Part shown: in pieces, positions 19,201-29,137 of the stretch
How the letters are laid out: each line of letters opens with the position of its first letter
Numbering within the stretch: position 1 is the stretch's first letter
NCBI GenBank assembly: GCA_945892755.1
Contig: CAMDDO010000007.1
Span: forward strand, 1,397 to 65,396
Length of the DNA stretch: 64,000 nt
Source of the DNA: Rhizobium sp. Q54
Lineage (GTDB): Bacteria > Pseudomonadota > Alphaproteobacteria > UBA828
Reading direction: 5' to 3'
Notes under the pieces: model-generated
Database searches by the model: none
Told to the model about the DNA's origin: nothing
The model's input: the letters and a program-made list of their open reading frames with translations, nothing else
Translations under genes and position numbers: made by a program

Positions 19201-19832
19201 GCGAGAAAATTGGCGATCAGCCTGAGGCCGAGCGCCTGGCTCTTCTCGGGATGAAATTGCGTGCCCACCATGTTGTCGCGTCCGACGATCGCCGCAATGG
19301 TTCCGCCATAGTCGACGCTCGCCAGAACGGCGCCCGAATCGCTCGGCGCAAGATAGTAGCTATGCACGAAATACGCATGTTCGCCGTCCGCGATGCCTTT
19401 GAGGACCGGATGATTCGGCGCCGCGATGGCGAGGTCGTTCCAGCCCATATGGGGGATTTTGAGCTGGGCGTCATTAGGCTCGAGATGAATCACCTCGCCG
19501 TCGATCCAACCGAAGCCTTCATGCACGCCATGTTCGCGGCCGCGCCGCGCCATCAATTGCATGCCAACGCAAATGCCGAGAAATGGCTTGGCTTGGCGCG
19601 TCACAGCTTCGTCGAGCGCTTCCCACATGCCCGGCAGGTGCTTGAGCCCGGCGCGACAATCGGCGAACGCGCCGACACCCGGCAGCACGATGCGGCTCGC
19701 GTCCTTCAGCGCCGAAGCCTCGCTGGTCACGCGGATCTCTTCGGCGCTGCCGGATTCGCGCGCGGCGCGCTCGAATGCCTTGGCGGCCGACCTGAGATTG
19801 CCCGAACCGTAATCGATGATCGCGACGGTCAT
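19188..19832 (-). CDS. hisH: imidazole glycerol phosphate synthase glutamine amidotransferase subunit
   Basis: 214 aa. [26 protein letters not shown], catalytic [20 protein letters not shown]. Confidence 0.95.
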   Translation of the reverse strand: MTVAIIDYGSGNLRSAAKAFERAARESGSAEEIRVTSEASALKDASRIVLPGVGAFADCRAGLKHLPGMWEALDEAVTRQAKPFLGICVGMQLMARRGREHGVHEGFGWIDGEVIHLEPNDAQLKIPHMGWNDLAIAAPNHPVLKGIADGEHAYFVHSYYLAPSDSGAVLASVDYGGTIAAIVGRDNMVGTQFHPEKSQALGLRLIANFLAWRA

Positions 19833-20323
19833 GACCAGAAGCCCGGCGATGGGCCGAGGTCGAAGGCGGGCGACGGCCGCGGCGGAGCGGGCGGCGCCTC
19901 GGGCCGTGATGGCGACGCCACGCTCTGACGCTCCGCTAGGCGGATCAGCGCGTGCGCGCGATCGGCGGCCGCGATCACGTCGATCAGTTTGTAGCCGCGC
20001 GCCTCGAGCGAGAGGCGCCTTATGTCATGCGCCGATACGCCGCATAATACCTGGCCGCCGAGCACAGCAAGTCCGCGCGACAACGGATCGAGGCCCAGCA
20101 ATTCGGGCACGCCTATGGTCACGGCGAGTAGCGCCAAGGCGCCGAGCGCGGCGGTCCAGGCGCCGCAACCGATGGCATGGAATGGCGCGAAGAAGAAGGC
20201 GAGCCAGTCGAAGCCCTCACGCACCAGCACAAGATCGCGCGCCACCGCGGCGTCGAGCGGGCCTTCGGCGCCGGTTCCGCCGCCTTGAGCGGAGGGCGGG
20301 CGATAGACGGCATAGAGTCGCAT
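19829..20323 (-). CDS. DUF2628 domain membrane protein
   Basis: 164 aa. The [23 protein letters not shown] pattern and its position between hisB and hisH match alphaproteobacterial DUF2628 proteins. Confidence 0.75.
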   Translation of the reverse strand: MRLYAVYRPPSAQGGGTGAEGPLDAAVARDLVLVREGFDWLAFFFAPFHAIGCGAWTAALGALALLAVTIGVPELLGLDPLSRGLAVLGGQVLCGVSAHDIRRLSLEARGYKLIDVIAAADRAHALIRLAERQSVASPSRPEAPPAPPRPSPAFDLGPSPGFWS

Positions 20324-20327
20324 CGGA

Positions 20328-20945
20328 TCAGCTCTTGAGCGTACCGGTCAGCGTGCCCTTGGTCGACGGCACCGCCGCGAGCGCCCGCTGGTCGAGCTCG
20401 ACCGCCTCGCGCAGCGCGCGTGCCAGCCCTTTGAAGCACGACTCGACGATATGGTGGCTGTTCTCGCCGTAGAGGTTTTCGATGTGGAGCGTGATGCCGG
20501 CGGCCTGCGCGAAGGCTTGGAACCATTCCTTGAACAGTTCCGTATCCATTTCGCCGAGCTTCGGCCGTTCGAAACGCACCTTCCAGATCAAATAGGGCCG
20601 GTTCGAGACATCAAGCGCCACGCGCGAGCAGGTTTCATCCATGGGGATGACCGCAGCGCCATAACGCCTAATGCCGCGCCGATCGCCGAGCGCCTTCGAG
20701 ACCGCCTCGCCGATCGCGATGCCGGTATCCTCGGTGGTGTGGTGGAAATCGATGTGTAGATCGCCCTTCGCCCGGCACACCAGATCGATCAGGCTGTGGC
20801 GCGACAGCTGCTCCAGCATGTGATCGAGAAATCCGATGCCGGTCGCGACCTCGTAACGGCCGGTGCCGTCAAGATCGAGCTCGACTGAAATATGGGTTTC
20901 CTTGGTGACCCGCTCGACGCGGGCCCGACGCGGTGTAGCTGTCAT
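20328..20945 (-). CDS. hisB: imidazoleglycerol-phosphate dehydratase
   Basis: ORF 20328..21029 trimmed to [27 protein letters not shown]. Blocks [29 protein letters not shown]. Confidence 0.95.
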   Translation of the reverse strand: MTATPRRARVERVTKETHISVELDLDGTGRYEVATGIGFLDHMLEQLSRHSLIDLVCRAKGDLHIDFHHTTEDTGIAIGEAVSKALGDRRGIRRYGAAVIPMDETCSRVALDVSNRPYLIWKVRFERPKLGEMDTELFKEWFQAFAQAAGITLHIENLYGENSHHIVESCFKGLARALREAVELDQRALAAVPSTKGTLTGTLKS

Positions 20946-21104
20946 GGCACAGGAAGCGTTTGCCCCAGGGGCTTTGGCGGGCCCCCTTGTAGCAAGTCGC
21001 GCCGCGTCGCGCCAGCCTCCCAGACCCAAACCCCGATCACCAGCCTTGAATGAAGCCCCCTCGTCCTTACATGCTAGGTCCGCGCCCGCCGATCAGGAGC
21101 CACG

Positions 21105-21659
21105 ATGTCCGAGACCCGCCCGCCGACCGCCCACGGCACCACCATTCTCTCCGTCCGCAAGGGCCGCGAGGTGGTGATCGCGGGCGATGGCCAGGTCACG
21201 CTCGGCCAGATCGTGCTCAAGTCGAACGCGCGGAAGGTCCGCCGGCTTGGTGATGGCTCGGTCATCGCCGGCTTTGCCGGTGCGACGGCCGACGCCTTCA
21301 CGCTGTTCGAGCGGCTCGAGGCCAAGCTCGAACAATACCCCGCCCAGCTCACCCGGGCCTGCGTCGAGCTCGCCAAGGACTGGCGCACCGACCGCTATTT
21401 GCGCCGGCTCGAGGCCATGATGGCGGTGGCCGATGAGGGCACCTCGCTCGTGCTGACGGGGATCGGCGATGTGCTCGAGCCGGAGGATGGACTGATCGGC
21501 ATCGGCTCGGGCGGGCCATTCGCGCTCGCCGCCGCGCGCGCGCTGATCGACTTCGATTCGCTCGACGCCGAGGCCATAGCCAAAAAGGCCATGGGCATCG
21601 CCGCTGATCTTTGCATCTATACCAATCGATCGATTCTGATCGAGCGCCTGCCGAAATAG
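21105..21659 (+). CDS. hslV: ATP-dependent protease subunit HslV
   Basis: 184 aa. [25 protein letters not shown] with N-terminal Thr nucleophile context. Divergent from hisB. Confidence 0.95.
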   Translation: MSETRPPTAHGTTILSVRKGREVVIAGDGQVTLGQIVLKSNARKVRRLGDGSVIAGFAGATADAFTLFERLEAKLEQYPAQLTRACVELAKDWRTDRYLRRLEAMMAVADEGTSLVLTGIGDVLEPEDGLIGIGSGGPFALAAARALIDFDSLDAEAIAKKAMGIAADLCIYTNRSILIERLPK

Positions 21660-21673
21660 AAAGTCCTGCGACC

Positions 21674-22990
21674 GTGAGTTCATTCAGCCCGCGCGAGATC
21701 GTTTCCGAGCTCGACCGCTTCATCGTCGGCCAGCGCGAGGCCAAGCGCGCCGTCGCGATCGCGCTCAGAAATCGCTGGCGCCGGCAGCAACTGACACCCG
21801 AGTTGCGGGAAGAGGTGATGCCCAAGAATATCCTGATGATCGGACCCACGGGCGTCGGCAAGACCGAAATCGCGCGCCGGCTTGCGCGGCTCGCCCAGGC
21901 GCCGTTCATCAAGGTCGAGGCGACCAAGTTCACCGAGGTCGGCTATGTCGGCCGCGATGTCGAGCAGATCGTGCGCGATCTCCTGGAAATCGGCATCCAC
22001 ATGCAGCGCGATTCGATGCGGAAAGAAGTCACCGCCAAGGCCGAGCTGGCGGCCGAGGAGCGCGTGCTCGACGTGCTGGTAGGCGAAGGCGCCAGCGCCG
22101 AGACCCGCGCGAAATTCCGCAAGCGCCTGCGCGAGGGCGAATTCGCCAGTAAGGAAATCGAGCTCGAGGTCGGCGACAACACCGCGCCGACGCTACCAAC
22201 CTTCGAAGTGCCCGGCATGCCCGGTGCGCAGATGGGTATGCTCAATCTGGGCGACATGCTCGGCAAGGCGTTCGGCGGGCGAACCAAGCGGAAGAAGCTG
22301 AGCGTCGCCGATTCCTATGACGTGCTGGTCGCGGAAGAGAGCGACAAGCTGTTGGACAATGAGCGCGTGGTGCGCGCGGCGATCGAACGCGTCGAGAACC
22401 ACGGCATCGTCTTCATCGATGAAATCGACAAGATATGCGGTCGCGGTGGCGAGCACCGCATTGGCGGCGATGTCAGCCGCGAGGGCGTGCAACGCGATCT
22501 ATTGCCGCTGATCGAGGGCACGCCGGTCTCGACCAAGCACGGCACGGTGAAGACCGACCATATCCTCTTCATCGCCTCGGGCGCGTTTCATCTGGCGAAG
22601 CCATCCGACCTTCTGCCGGAGCTTCAAGGCCGGTTGCCGATCCGTGTCGAGCTGAAGGCGCTTTCGCGCGACGATCTGAAACGCATTCTGACCGAGCCCG
22701 AGAACAGCCTCTTGAAACAATATGTCGCACTGATGAAAACCGAAGACGTGACGCTCGATATCAGCGCCGACGCGCTCGACGCGATCGCTGATCTCGCGGC
22801 CGAGGTCAACCGCTCGATCGAGAACATCGGCGCGCGGCGGCTCCACACGGTGATGGAGAAGCTCCTGGAAGATGTCAGTTTCGACGCCAGCGAAAAAAGC
22901 GGCACGGTGGCGCAAATCGATGCCGCCTATGTGCGCGAGCATGTCGGCGCGCTCGCCAAGAACGCGGACCTCAGCAAGTTCATTTTGTAG
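21674..22990 (+). CDS. hslU: ATP-dependent protease ATPase subunit HslU
   Basis: ORF 21611..22990 trimmed to GTG 21674 ([20 protein letters not shown]). Walker [26 protein letters not shown]. Confidence 0.95.
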   Translation: MSSFSPREIVSELDRFIVGQREAKRAVAIALRNRWRRQQLTPELREEVMPKNILMIGPTGVGKTEIARRLARLAQAPFIKVEATKFTEVGYVGRDVEQIVRDLLEIGIHMQRDSMRKEVTAKAELAAEERVLDVLVGEGASAETRAKFRKRLREGEFASKEIELEVGDNTAPTLPTFEVPGMPGAQMGMLNLGDMLGKAFGGRTKRKKLSVADSYDVLVAEESDKLLDNERVVRAAIERVENHGIVFIDEIDKICGRGGEHRIGGDVSREGVQRDLLPLIEGTPVSTKHGTVKTDHILFIASGAFHLAKPSDLLPELQGRLPIRVELKALSRDDLKRILTEPENSLLKQYVALMKTEDVTLDISADALDAIADLAAEVNRSIENIGARRLHTVMEKLLEDVSFDASEKSGTVAQIDAAYVREHVGALAKNADLSKFIL

Positions 22991-23396
22991 GCGTTGGCCG
23001 CTTCCGTCTGGGCAGCCGCTTCGCGCTCCGTCGTAGCCACGCCGCGAGATCAGCCTCGGCAATTCGACCGGCAGCGAGATCGACCATCATGACCACGGCC
23101 TCGCCTTCGGGTGCCGCGAGCCAATAGCCGTTCCGACGCAGGAAGACATAGGCGGCCATCAGCGCGATGCGCTTGTTGCCGTCGACAAACGGATGGTTGC
23201 GCGCGAGCCCGTGTGCATAGGAAGCCGCAAGATCGAACAGGTCGGGCTCGCCATAGGCCAAAAGATGCTGCGGCCGGGCGATGGCCGATTCGAGCAACCC
23301 GTCGTCACGAACCCCCGAGCGCCCACCATGCTCGGCGATCAGGCGCTCGTGCAGCGCCCGCACGAACGCCACGCCGAGCCATTCGAGCCGGCGCAT
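22980..23396 (-). CDS. doc: type II toxin, death-on-curing (Doc/Fic) family
   Basis: 138 aa. Fic/Doc motif [12 protein letters not shown]. The 3' end overlaps the hslU stop by 11 nt (convergent). Confidence 0.88.
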   Translation of the reverse strand: MRRLEWLGVAFVRALHERLIAEHGGRSGVRDDGLLESAIARPQHLLAYGEPDLFDLAASYAHGLARNHPFVDGNKRIALMAAYVFLRRNGYWLAAPEGEAVVMMVDLAAGRIAEADLAAWLRRSAKRLPRRKRPTPTK

Positions 23397-23405
23397 GTTG
23401 CGATT

Positions 23406-23630
23406 CTATTTCGCCAGCTCGCGGAGCGCGTTGCGATAGTCGCGCAAACCTTCGTCGGCGGCCTCCATCTGTGCCTGGAACGCGGCGTCATAGGGCGTCA
23501 ACTCATAGCCCGATGGCGTCTCGACCAGGAACAGTGTGTCGCCCTTCTTTACCTTGAGGCGCGCCAGCGCCTCCTTCGGTAGCACGACTCCCGCCGAATT
23601 GCCGACACGCGTGATCTTTGCTTTGAGCAT
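23406..23630 (-). CDS. AbrB/MazE/SpoVT-type antitoxin
   Basis: ORF 23406..23765 trimmed to MLKAKITRVGNSAGVVLPKEAL (74 aa). Ends 9 nt upstream of the doc start. Confidence 0.85.
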   Translation of the reverse strand: MLKAKITRVGNSAGVVLPKEALARLKVKKGDTLFLVETPSGYELTPYDAAFQAQMEAADEGLRDYRNALRELAK

Positions 23631-23669
23631 GGTGCCCGCTCGTCTCCTAGACGATTGACTCGCGATTAC

Positions 23670-23689
23670 GTTATTACATATGTAATAAC
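23670..23689. promoter_or_regulatory. perfect 20-bp palindrome GTTATTACATATGTAATAAC, candidate toxin-antitoxin operator/promoter
   Basis: Exact inverted repeat ~40 nt upstream of the antitoxin ATG. It is strongly AT-rich in a GC-rich context. AbrB-type antitoxins autoregulate via palindromic operators. Confidence 0.6.
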
Positions 23690-23704
23690 AAAGGGTCAAC
23701 ACTC

Positions 23705-23760
23705 CTAGTGGTCCGATCCAGACGCTTGGTTCCCGAGCGTCCGGTGAATCGGACCACCAG
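23705..23760. repeat. hairpin element sharing terminal CTAGTGGTCCGAT... inverted repeats with the 662-720 element
   Basis: Ends CTAGTGGTCCGATCC and GAATCGGACCACCAG match the termini of the 662-720 copy. The internal stem differs (CCAGACGCT / AGCGTCCGG). Confidence 0.7.
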
Positions 23761-23769
23761 ATCAATGGG

Positions 23770-23825
23770 CTGGTGGTGCGATTCAGCTAACGGACGGGTA
23801 GCATCCGTTAGCATCGCACCACTAG
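23770..23825. repeat. hairpin element, inverted copy of the 662-720 element
   Basis: CTGGTGGTGCGATTCAGCTAACGGACGGGTAGCATCCGTTAGCATCGCACCACTAG. The loop is the reverse complement of the copy-1 loop, and the right arm lacks 4 nt. The terminal CTAG supplies the TAG stop of smr (23822-23824, minus strand). Confidence 0.8.
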
Positions 23826-24379
23826 CGTTTCTTCCTGAGCAACACATAGAGCGCGCCCTGGCCGCCATGATTGGGCTCGGCCGGCGCGAAGCTCATCACG
23901 GCGTCGCGCAAGGCGGCTTCGGCGAGCCAACGCGGCACCGCGCCGCGCAACACGCCACCGCCCGCTTTGCCAACGCCCGTCACGACCAACACACAACGCT
24001 TGCCGCGCTCCTGGCTTGCCGAGATGAAACGGTTGAGCGCGTCATGCGCTTCGCGTTGCGTCATGCCGTGCAGATCAAGCTTGGCCTCGATCGCGATGTG
24101 GCCACGCCGGAGTTTCGACGTGGTGCGGCGGTCGATACCGGGCGTGCTGGGCGGCGTGCTGATCACGACAACCGGCGGCGGTGATGACGCGCGCATTGGC
24201 GTCGCCGGCGCCGGCGCCGGATCGGGTTTGAGCCGAGCGCGCTTCGGTTTAGCGGACGCGATCAATGGTGCTTGTGGCTTGGCCGCGACGCGCGTGGTAA
24301 CGCGCTTCAGCGGCTCGACATTGGCCACAATGCGCCGCCAGAGCGCGAGATCGTCATCGCTGAGCTTACGCTTGGACAT
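23822..24379 (-). CDS. Smr/MutS2-type small domain protein
   Basis: 185 aa. C-terminal Smr domain LDLHGMTQREAHDALNRFI...VLVVTGVG...GVLRGAVPRWL. Confidence 0.88.
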   Translation of the reverse strand: MSKRKLSDDDLALWRRIVANVEPLKRVTTRVAAKPQAPLIASAKPKRARLKPDPAPAPATPMRASSPPPVVVISTPPSTPGIDRRTTSKLRRGHIAIEAKLDLHGMTQREAHDALNRFISASQERGKRCVLVVTGVGKAGGGVLRGAVPRWLAEAALRDAVMSFAPAEPNHGGQGALYVLLRKKR

Positions 24380-24419
24380 GAAGGACTAAGAGCGGAGGCC
24401 GTGAGCCCCCGCGCCCCCA

Positions 24420-25091
24420 TCAATCATCCACGATCACGATATGCAGCCGACGCGGGCCGTGCGCCCCGAGCTCGATCTTTTGTTCGATGTCGCCGGTGCG
24501 CGACGGCCCCGTGATCAAATTCACCGTGCGCGGCATGGCACCCTTGGCGCGCAGCAGATCGAAGCCTTCTTCATAGGCACCGACCATTTGCGCGGCACGC
24601 AACACGACCACATGAGTCTCGGGCATGAAATTGAGCGTGGTTGGATGCTCGGGCCCCGACGCCATCATAAGCGTGCCGGTCTCGGCGACGCCGCACAGCG
24701 CGCCGGTGACGCCAACTTGATCGGCGTCGACCGGTTTGCCGCGGCGGATCGCCAGCATTTTCTGGCTCGCCCAACCATAGCGATCGAGCGCGGGGTCGGG
24801 CGCCATGATCACATCGGCCGGCAGATTTTGGCCCTTCAAATAGTCGACCACCGCACCCGGCACGTCGTCATCCTTGGCCACACGCGAGACGCTGGCCTTG
24901 ACCGCCTCGGCCATGCGAATGAACAACGCGACCTGTTCCTCGCGCGGCAATTGGCCGCGCGCCGGAACAAGATTTCGCGCGTGGCTTTTCAGGCGCGCCT
25001 CGCAGGCCGCCCGCGCCTCGCCCTGTAGCTCGCCGCGTCCGAGCGCGCGCCGAATGTTGCCGAGGATCGCCGCTCTGCCGCCCTCGCTCAT
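24420..25091 (-). CDS. lutC: lactate utilization protein C (LUD domain, LutC/YkgG)
   Basis: ORF 24420..25115 trimmed to MSEGGRAAILGNIRRAL. ATG overlaps the upstream stop (ATGA). Last gene of the lutABC-type operon. Confidence 0.8.
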   Translation of the reverse strand: MSEGGRAAILGNIRRALGRGELQGEARAACEARLKSHARNLVPARGQLPREEQVALFIRMAEAVKASVSRVAKDDDVPGAVVDYLKGQNLPADVIMAPDPALDRYGWASQKMLAIRRGKPVDADQVGVTGALCGVAETGTLMMASGPEHPTTLNFMPETHVVVLRAAQMVGAYEEGFDLLRAKGAMPRTVNLITGPSRTGDIEQKIELGAHGPRRLHIVIVDD

Positions 25092-26503
25092 GCTGCCCCC
25101 CTGGTGCGCCGCCATTGCGCACGGAACGTCGCGCCCTCGGGCGCCGGAAAATCACGCGTCGCGGTCCAGCCCTGGCCCAGCGGCAGACTCGCAAGCCGCC
25201 CGCGCCGCCCGCCGATGACACGGAGCGCCTTGACTCCAAGCCAGGTCGCCCGCGCATAGAGCGCCGGTCGCTTGGCCAAATACGCCCAAACGCCGATGCC
25301 GCTACGGAGCGCCGCTGGCGCTTCGGCGCGTTCGTATTCACGCTCGCGCCAATCGCGCATCAAGGCCGGCAAAGGAATCCCCATCGGGCAGACCGATTCG
25401 CACCGCCCGCAAAAAGTCGAGGCATTGGGCAGCGGCGCGGCCTTGTCGATGCCGATCAGGCTGGGCGTTATGACCGCGCCCATCGGCCCGGTATAAACCG
25501 CGCCATAGGCGTGCCCACCGACCGATTTATAGACCGGGCAATGATTGAGGCACGCCGCGCAACGGATACAACGCAACATCGCCTGTTGCTTGGTACCCAT
25601 CAAAGCGCTTCGGCCATTATCGAGCAGCACGACGTGGAATTCCTCCGGCCCATCCAAATCGCCGGGCCGGCGCGCGCCGGTCGAGAACGTGTTGTAGACC
25701 GTGAATTCCTGACCCGATGAGGTGCGCGCCAAAACACGTGCCACGGTCAGCGCATCCTCGATGGTCGGTACGATCTTGTCGATGCTCGCGAGCACGATAT
25801 GCGTGCGCGGCAGGATTTGCGACAGATCGCCATTGCCCTCGTTGGTGATGATCATGCTCGAGCCGGTTTCGGCGATCAAAAAATTCGCGCCGGTGAGCCC
25901 GATATCCGCCTCGTGATAACGCGGGCGCAACATCTCGCGGGCTTCCGCGATCAACGCAGGAATTTCGGCCGGGCGGCGCGCGTGATTGTGGTGCTCGGCA
26001 AATGTATCGGCGACATCCTCCTTGGTCAGATGGATCGCCGGCGCGGTGATGTGGCTCGGCGTTTCGCCGCGCATCTGGATGATATATTCGCCGAGATCGG
26101 TTTCGATCGGCGTCAGCCCGGCGGCTTCGAGATAGGCATTGAGGCCGATTTCCTCGCCGACCATGGATTTACCTTTGGCCATGGTCTTGGCGCCGCGCTT
26201 CTTGCAGATCGCGACGATCGCCTCGCGCGCTTCGCCGGCGGCTTGGCACCAATGGATGTGGCCACCCGACGCCTCGACATTCTTCGCGAAGGTATCGAGA
26301 TAGAAATCCAGATTCTCGAGCGTGTGATTCTTGAGCGCGATGGCTTCGCGTTTCAGCGCGTCATATTCCGGCAATTCGCCGACCGCGCGGCCTTTGAAAT
26401 CGACAAAGTCGCGCCTGATATTATCAAGCGCGCGCTGGAGTTGAGCATTGCCAAGTGCCTTGACCGAGTTGGCACGGAAATTCTCGCTGGTGAGTGCCGG
26501 CAT
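25088..26503 (-). CDS. lutB: iron-sulfur lactate utilization protein B (LutB/YkgF), copy 2
   Basis: ORF 25088..26623 trimmed to MPALTSENF. Cys motifs CIRCAACLNHCPVY and NASTFCGRCESVCPM, plus the DLGEYIIQ block. Confidence 0.88.
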   Translation of the reverse strand: MPALTSENFRANSVKALGNAQLQRALDNIRRDFVDFKGRAVGELPEYDALKREAIALKNHTLENLDFYLDTFAKNVEASGGHIHWCQAAGEAREAIVAICKKRGAKTMAKGKSMVGEEIGLNAYLEAAGLTPIETDLGEYIIQMRGETPSHITAPAIHLTKEDVADTFAEHHNHARRPAEIPALIAEAREMLRPRYHEADIGLTGANFLIAETGSSMIITNEGNGDLSQILPRTHIVLASIDKIVPTIEDALTVARVLARTSSGQEFTVYNTFSTGARRPGDLDGPEEFHVVLLDNGRSALMGTKQQAMLRCIRCAACLNHCPVYKSVGGHAYGAVYTGPMGAVITPSLIGIDKAAPLPNASTFCGRCESVCPMGIPLPALMRDWREREYERAEAPAALRSGIGVWAYLAKRPALYARATWLGVKALRVIGGRRGRLASLPLGQGWTATRDFPAPEGATFRAQWRRTRGAA

Positions 26504-26504
26504 C

Positions 26505-27905
26505 TCAGCCCCGAGTCTTTTTCCAGGCGGCACGAAAGGTCGGGCCTTCGGGTGCCGGGAAATCGCGCGTCGCTGTCCAGCCGGCGGCGAACGGCAGCGC
26601 TGCGAAGCGACCTTTGCCACCAAAGACGCTCAACACGGCGATGCCAAACTTGGTCGCGAGCGCGTAGAGCGCCGGGCGCTTGGCGAGAAAGGCCCAGACA
26701 TCGAGGCCAAGGCGAAAGCGCGGCGGTGAAAGTTTTTTCTCATGCTCCTGTTCGCGCCATTGCCGCATTAATTTGGGCAAGGGAATGCGCATCGGGCACA
26801 CCGATTCGCAGCGGCCGCAAAAGGTCGAGGCATTGGGCAAATGCCGCGCCTCTTCAATGCCGATCAGATTGGGCGCGAGCGCCGCGCCAATCGGACCCGG
26901 ATAGACCCAGCCATAGGCATGGCCGCCAACCGAGGAATAGACCGGGCAATGATTCATGCAGGCCGCGCATTTGATGCAGCGCAGCACTTCGCGGAACTCG
27001 CCGCCGAGAATTTTCGTGCGGCCATTGTCGAGCAGAATGATGTGAAAGGCCTCGGGACCGTCGGGATCGCCCGCGCGACGCGGCCCGGTCGCGAGCGTCG
27101 TATAGGTGCTGAATTCCTGCCCCGTGGCTGAGCGCGCGAGCAGGCGTAACAGGGTCGAGGCGTCTTCAAGCGTCGGCACCACCTTCTCGACCGTCGCGAG
27201 CACGATGTGCACCTTGGGCAAAATCTGCGTCAGTTCGGCATTGCCCTCATTGGTGACGAGAATGATCGAGCCGGTTTCGGCGACCAGGAAATTCGCGCCC
27301 GTGATACCAGCGCCGGCGGCGAGATAGCGCGGGCGCAAGAATTGCCGCGCCTCGGCGACCATGTCGCTCGCTTCGCTTAAGTGCCGCGTCTTGTGGTGTT
27401 CGAGGAACAGATCGGCGACCTGTTCCTTGGTCTTGTGCACGGCGGGTGCGAGGATATGGCTCGGCCGTTCATGGGCGAGCTGGATGATGTATTCGCCAAG
27501 GTCGGTTTCGACCGGCTCGATGCCGTTCGCTTCGAGGAATTCATTGAGGCCCAATTCCTCGGCGACCATGGATTTCGATTTGGTCGCGGTCTTCGCGCCA
27601 TGCCCACGCAGAATTTCAAGAATCGCGCGCCTTCCATCATCGGGCGTCGGGCACCAATGCACCGTGCCGCCGGCGGCCTCGACATTCTCGGCGAAGCGAT
27701 TCAGATAAAAGTCGAGATGCGTGAGCGCGTGTTGTTTGATCGCGATGCCTTCATCGCGCAAATCTTCGAACTCGGGTAGTTTCTGAATCGCTTCGAGGCG
27801 CTTCAGTGAAAAGCCAACCTTGAACGAGGCGAGCGATTTTTGCAGCTCGGCATCGGCCAGGGCGCGCTTGGCGGCTTGTTTGAAATCGAGGCTATGCGGC
27901 TCCAT
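26505..27905 (-). CDS. lutB: iron-sulfur lactate utilization protein B (LutB/YkgF), copy 1 (tandem paralog)
   Basis: 466 aa. CIKCAACMNHCPVY, NASTFCGRCESVCPM, DLGEYIIQ. Colinear with the downstream copy along its whole length. Confidence 0.88.
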   Translation of the reverse strand: MEPHSLDFKQAAKRALADAELQKSLASFKVGFSLKRLEAIQKLPEFEDLRDEGIAIKQHALTHLDFYLNRFAENVEAAGGTVHWCPTPDDGRRAILEILRGHGAKTATKSKSMVAEELGLNEFLEANGIEPVETDLGEYIIQLAHERPSHILAPAVHKTKEQVADLFLEHHKTRHLSEASDMVAEARQFLRPRYLAAGAGITGANFLVAETGSIILVTNEGNAELTQILPKVHIVLATVEKVVPTLEDASTLLRLLARSATGQEFSTYTTLATGPRRAGDPDGPEAFHIILLDNGRTKILGGEFREVLRCIKCAACMNHCPVYSSVGGHAYGWVYPGPIGAALAPNLIGIEEARHLPNASTFCGRCESVCPMRIPLPKLMRQWREQEHEKKLSPPRFRLGLDVWAFLAKRPALYALATKFGIAVLSVFGGKGRFAALPFAAGWTATRDFPAPEGPTFRAAWKKTRG

Positions 27906-27949
27906 GGCGGCGCGTGTAATGCCCTACACCAAATCTCGATGAGCGTGAC

Positions 27950-28774
27950 TCATCGAGATTTGGCCGGCGCGACCGCGCCGCCATGGAGCCGCATAGGCGG
28001 CGAACCAGGAACAGACGGCTCGCCAATCGCGGGGCGATCGCCCATGCCGGCCAAGACCTCGGCGACATGACGCGCCTTGATCGGCCGGCCTTCGCGGCTT
28101 AACCGCCCGGCCATGTTCATCAAACAGCCGAGATCGCCGGCGAGCACGGTGCCGGCGCCGGTTGCAGCGATATCAGCGGTCTTGTCCGAGACCATGCGGG
28201 TCGAGATTTCGGGATATTTGATACAGAACGTGCCGCCGAAGCCGCAGCAAATATGCGCGCCGGGCAATTCCTTGAGCGCGAGGCCGGTGACGCTCGCGAG
28301 CAATTTGCGCGGCTGGCCGTGGACGTTGAGCTCGCGGAGCCCTGAGCAGGAATCATGATAGGTCACGGCGCCATCGAAGCGCGCATCGACGCCGGCGAGC
28401 CCCCGCACATCGACCAGGAACGAGATCAATTCATGGGTTTTCGCCGCGAGTTTTTCCGCGCGCGCGTGCCATGACGGCTCATCGGCGAACAGATCGGGGT
28501 AATGCGCCTTGATCATGCCGCCGCAGCTGCCAGATGGCGCGACGACATAGTCAAAAGGTTCGAACAGCGCGATGACCGCGCGAGCAATGTCTTTGGTGTG
28601 TTGGCGCGCGCCTGAATTATAGGCAGGTTGGCCACAGCAGGTTTGCGCCTCTGGCACCTCGACGGTGCAGCCGGCGCGTTCGATCAGCTTGACCGCGGCG
28701 AAGCCGACGCTCGGGCGAAACAGATCGACCAGGCAGGTGACGAACAGCCCGACACGGGGCTTCTTCTCGGTCAT
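27950..28774 (-). CDS. lutA: (Fe-S)-binding CCG-domain protein LutA/YkgE
   Basis: 274 aa. VGLFVTCLVD, TCCGQPAYN and ICCGFGG CCG motifs (heterodisulfide-reductase-like). Confidence 0.88.
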   Translation of the reverse strand: MTEKKPRVGLFVTCLVDLFRPSVGFAAVKLIERAGCTVEVPEAQTCCGQPAYNSGARQHTKDIARAVIALFEPFDYVVAPSGSCGGMIKAHYPDLFADEPSWHARAEKLAAKTHELISFLVDVRGLAGVDARFDGAVTYHDSCSGLRELNVHGQPRKLLASVTGLALKELPGAHICCGFGGTFCIKYPEISTRMVSDKTADIAATGAGTVLAGDLGCLMNMAGRLSREGRPIKARHVAEVLAGMGDRPAIGEPSVPGSPPMRLHGGAVAPAKSR

Positions 28775-29137
28775 GACGGCGATGGTTCATTGCTAGGAGC
28801 GAAGGCCGAGACAATGGCTTGCGAGGGGGAGGATGGCAAGCTAGGACGCGGGCTCATCCGGCGCCCGGCCCGGCGCATTGCCTTTTCAGCGGCGCGACCT
28901 CGCTAACCGGGCGAACCCCATACGAGCCTGCTTAGACGCCAGGGCCGTCGTTGACCGGCGTATCCATTGTCCGGCGGTCTGCGGGCATTGATGATTCCCG
29001 TGTTCGGCTGCTAGGCTATCTGCGACAGCGAGATGTTCGGGCGCGCCCAACTGTGATTTCTAGCAACGCAAACCGTTCGGCATTTCCACCCCGCCGCCAC
29101 ATGCGGCGCGCTGGTTCACCGATAGGGTTCTTGTTAG

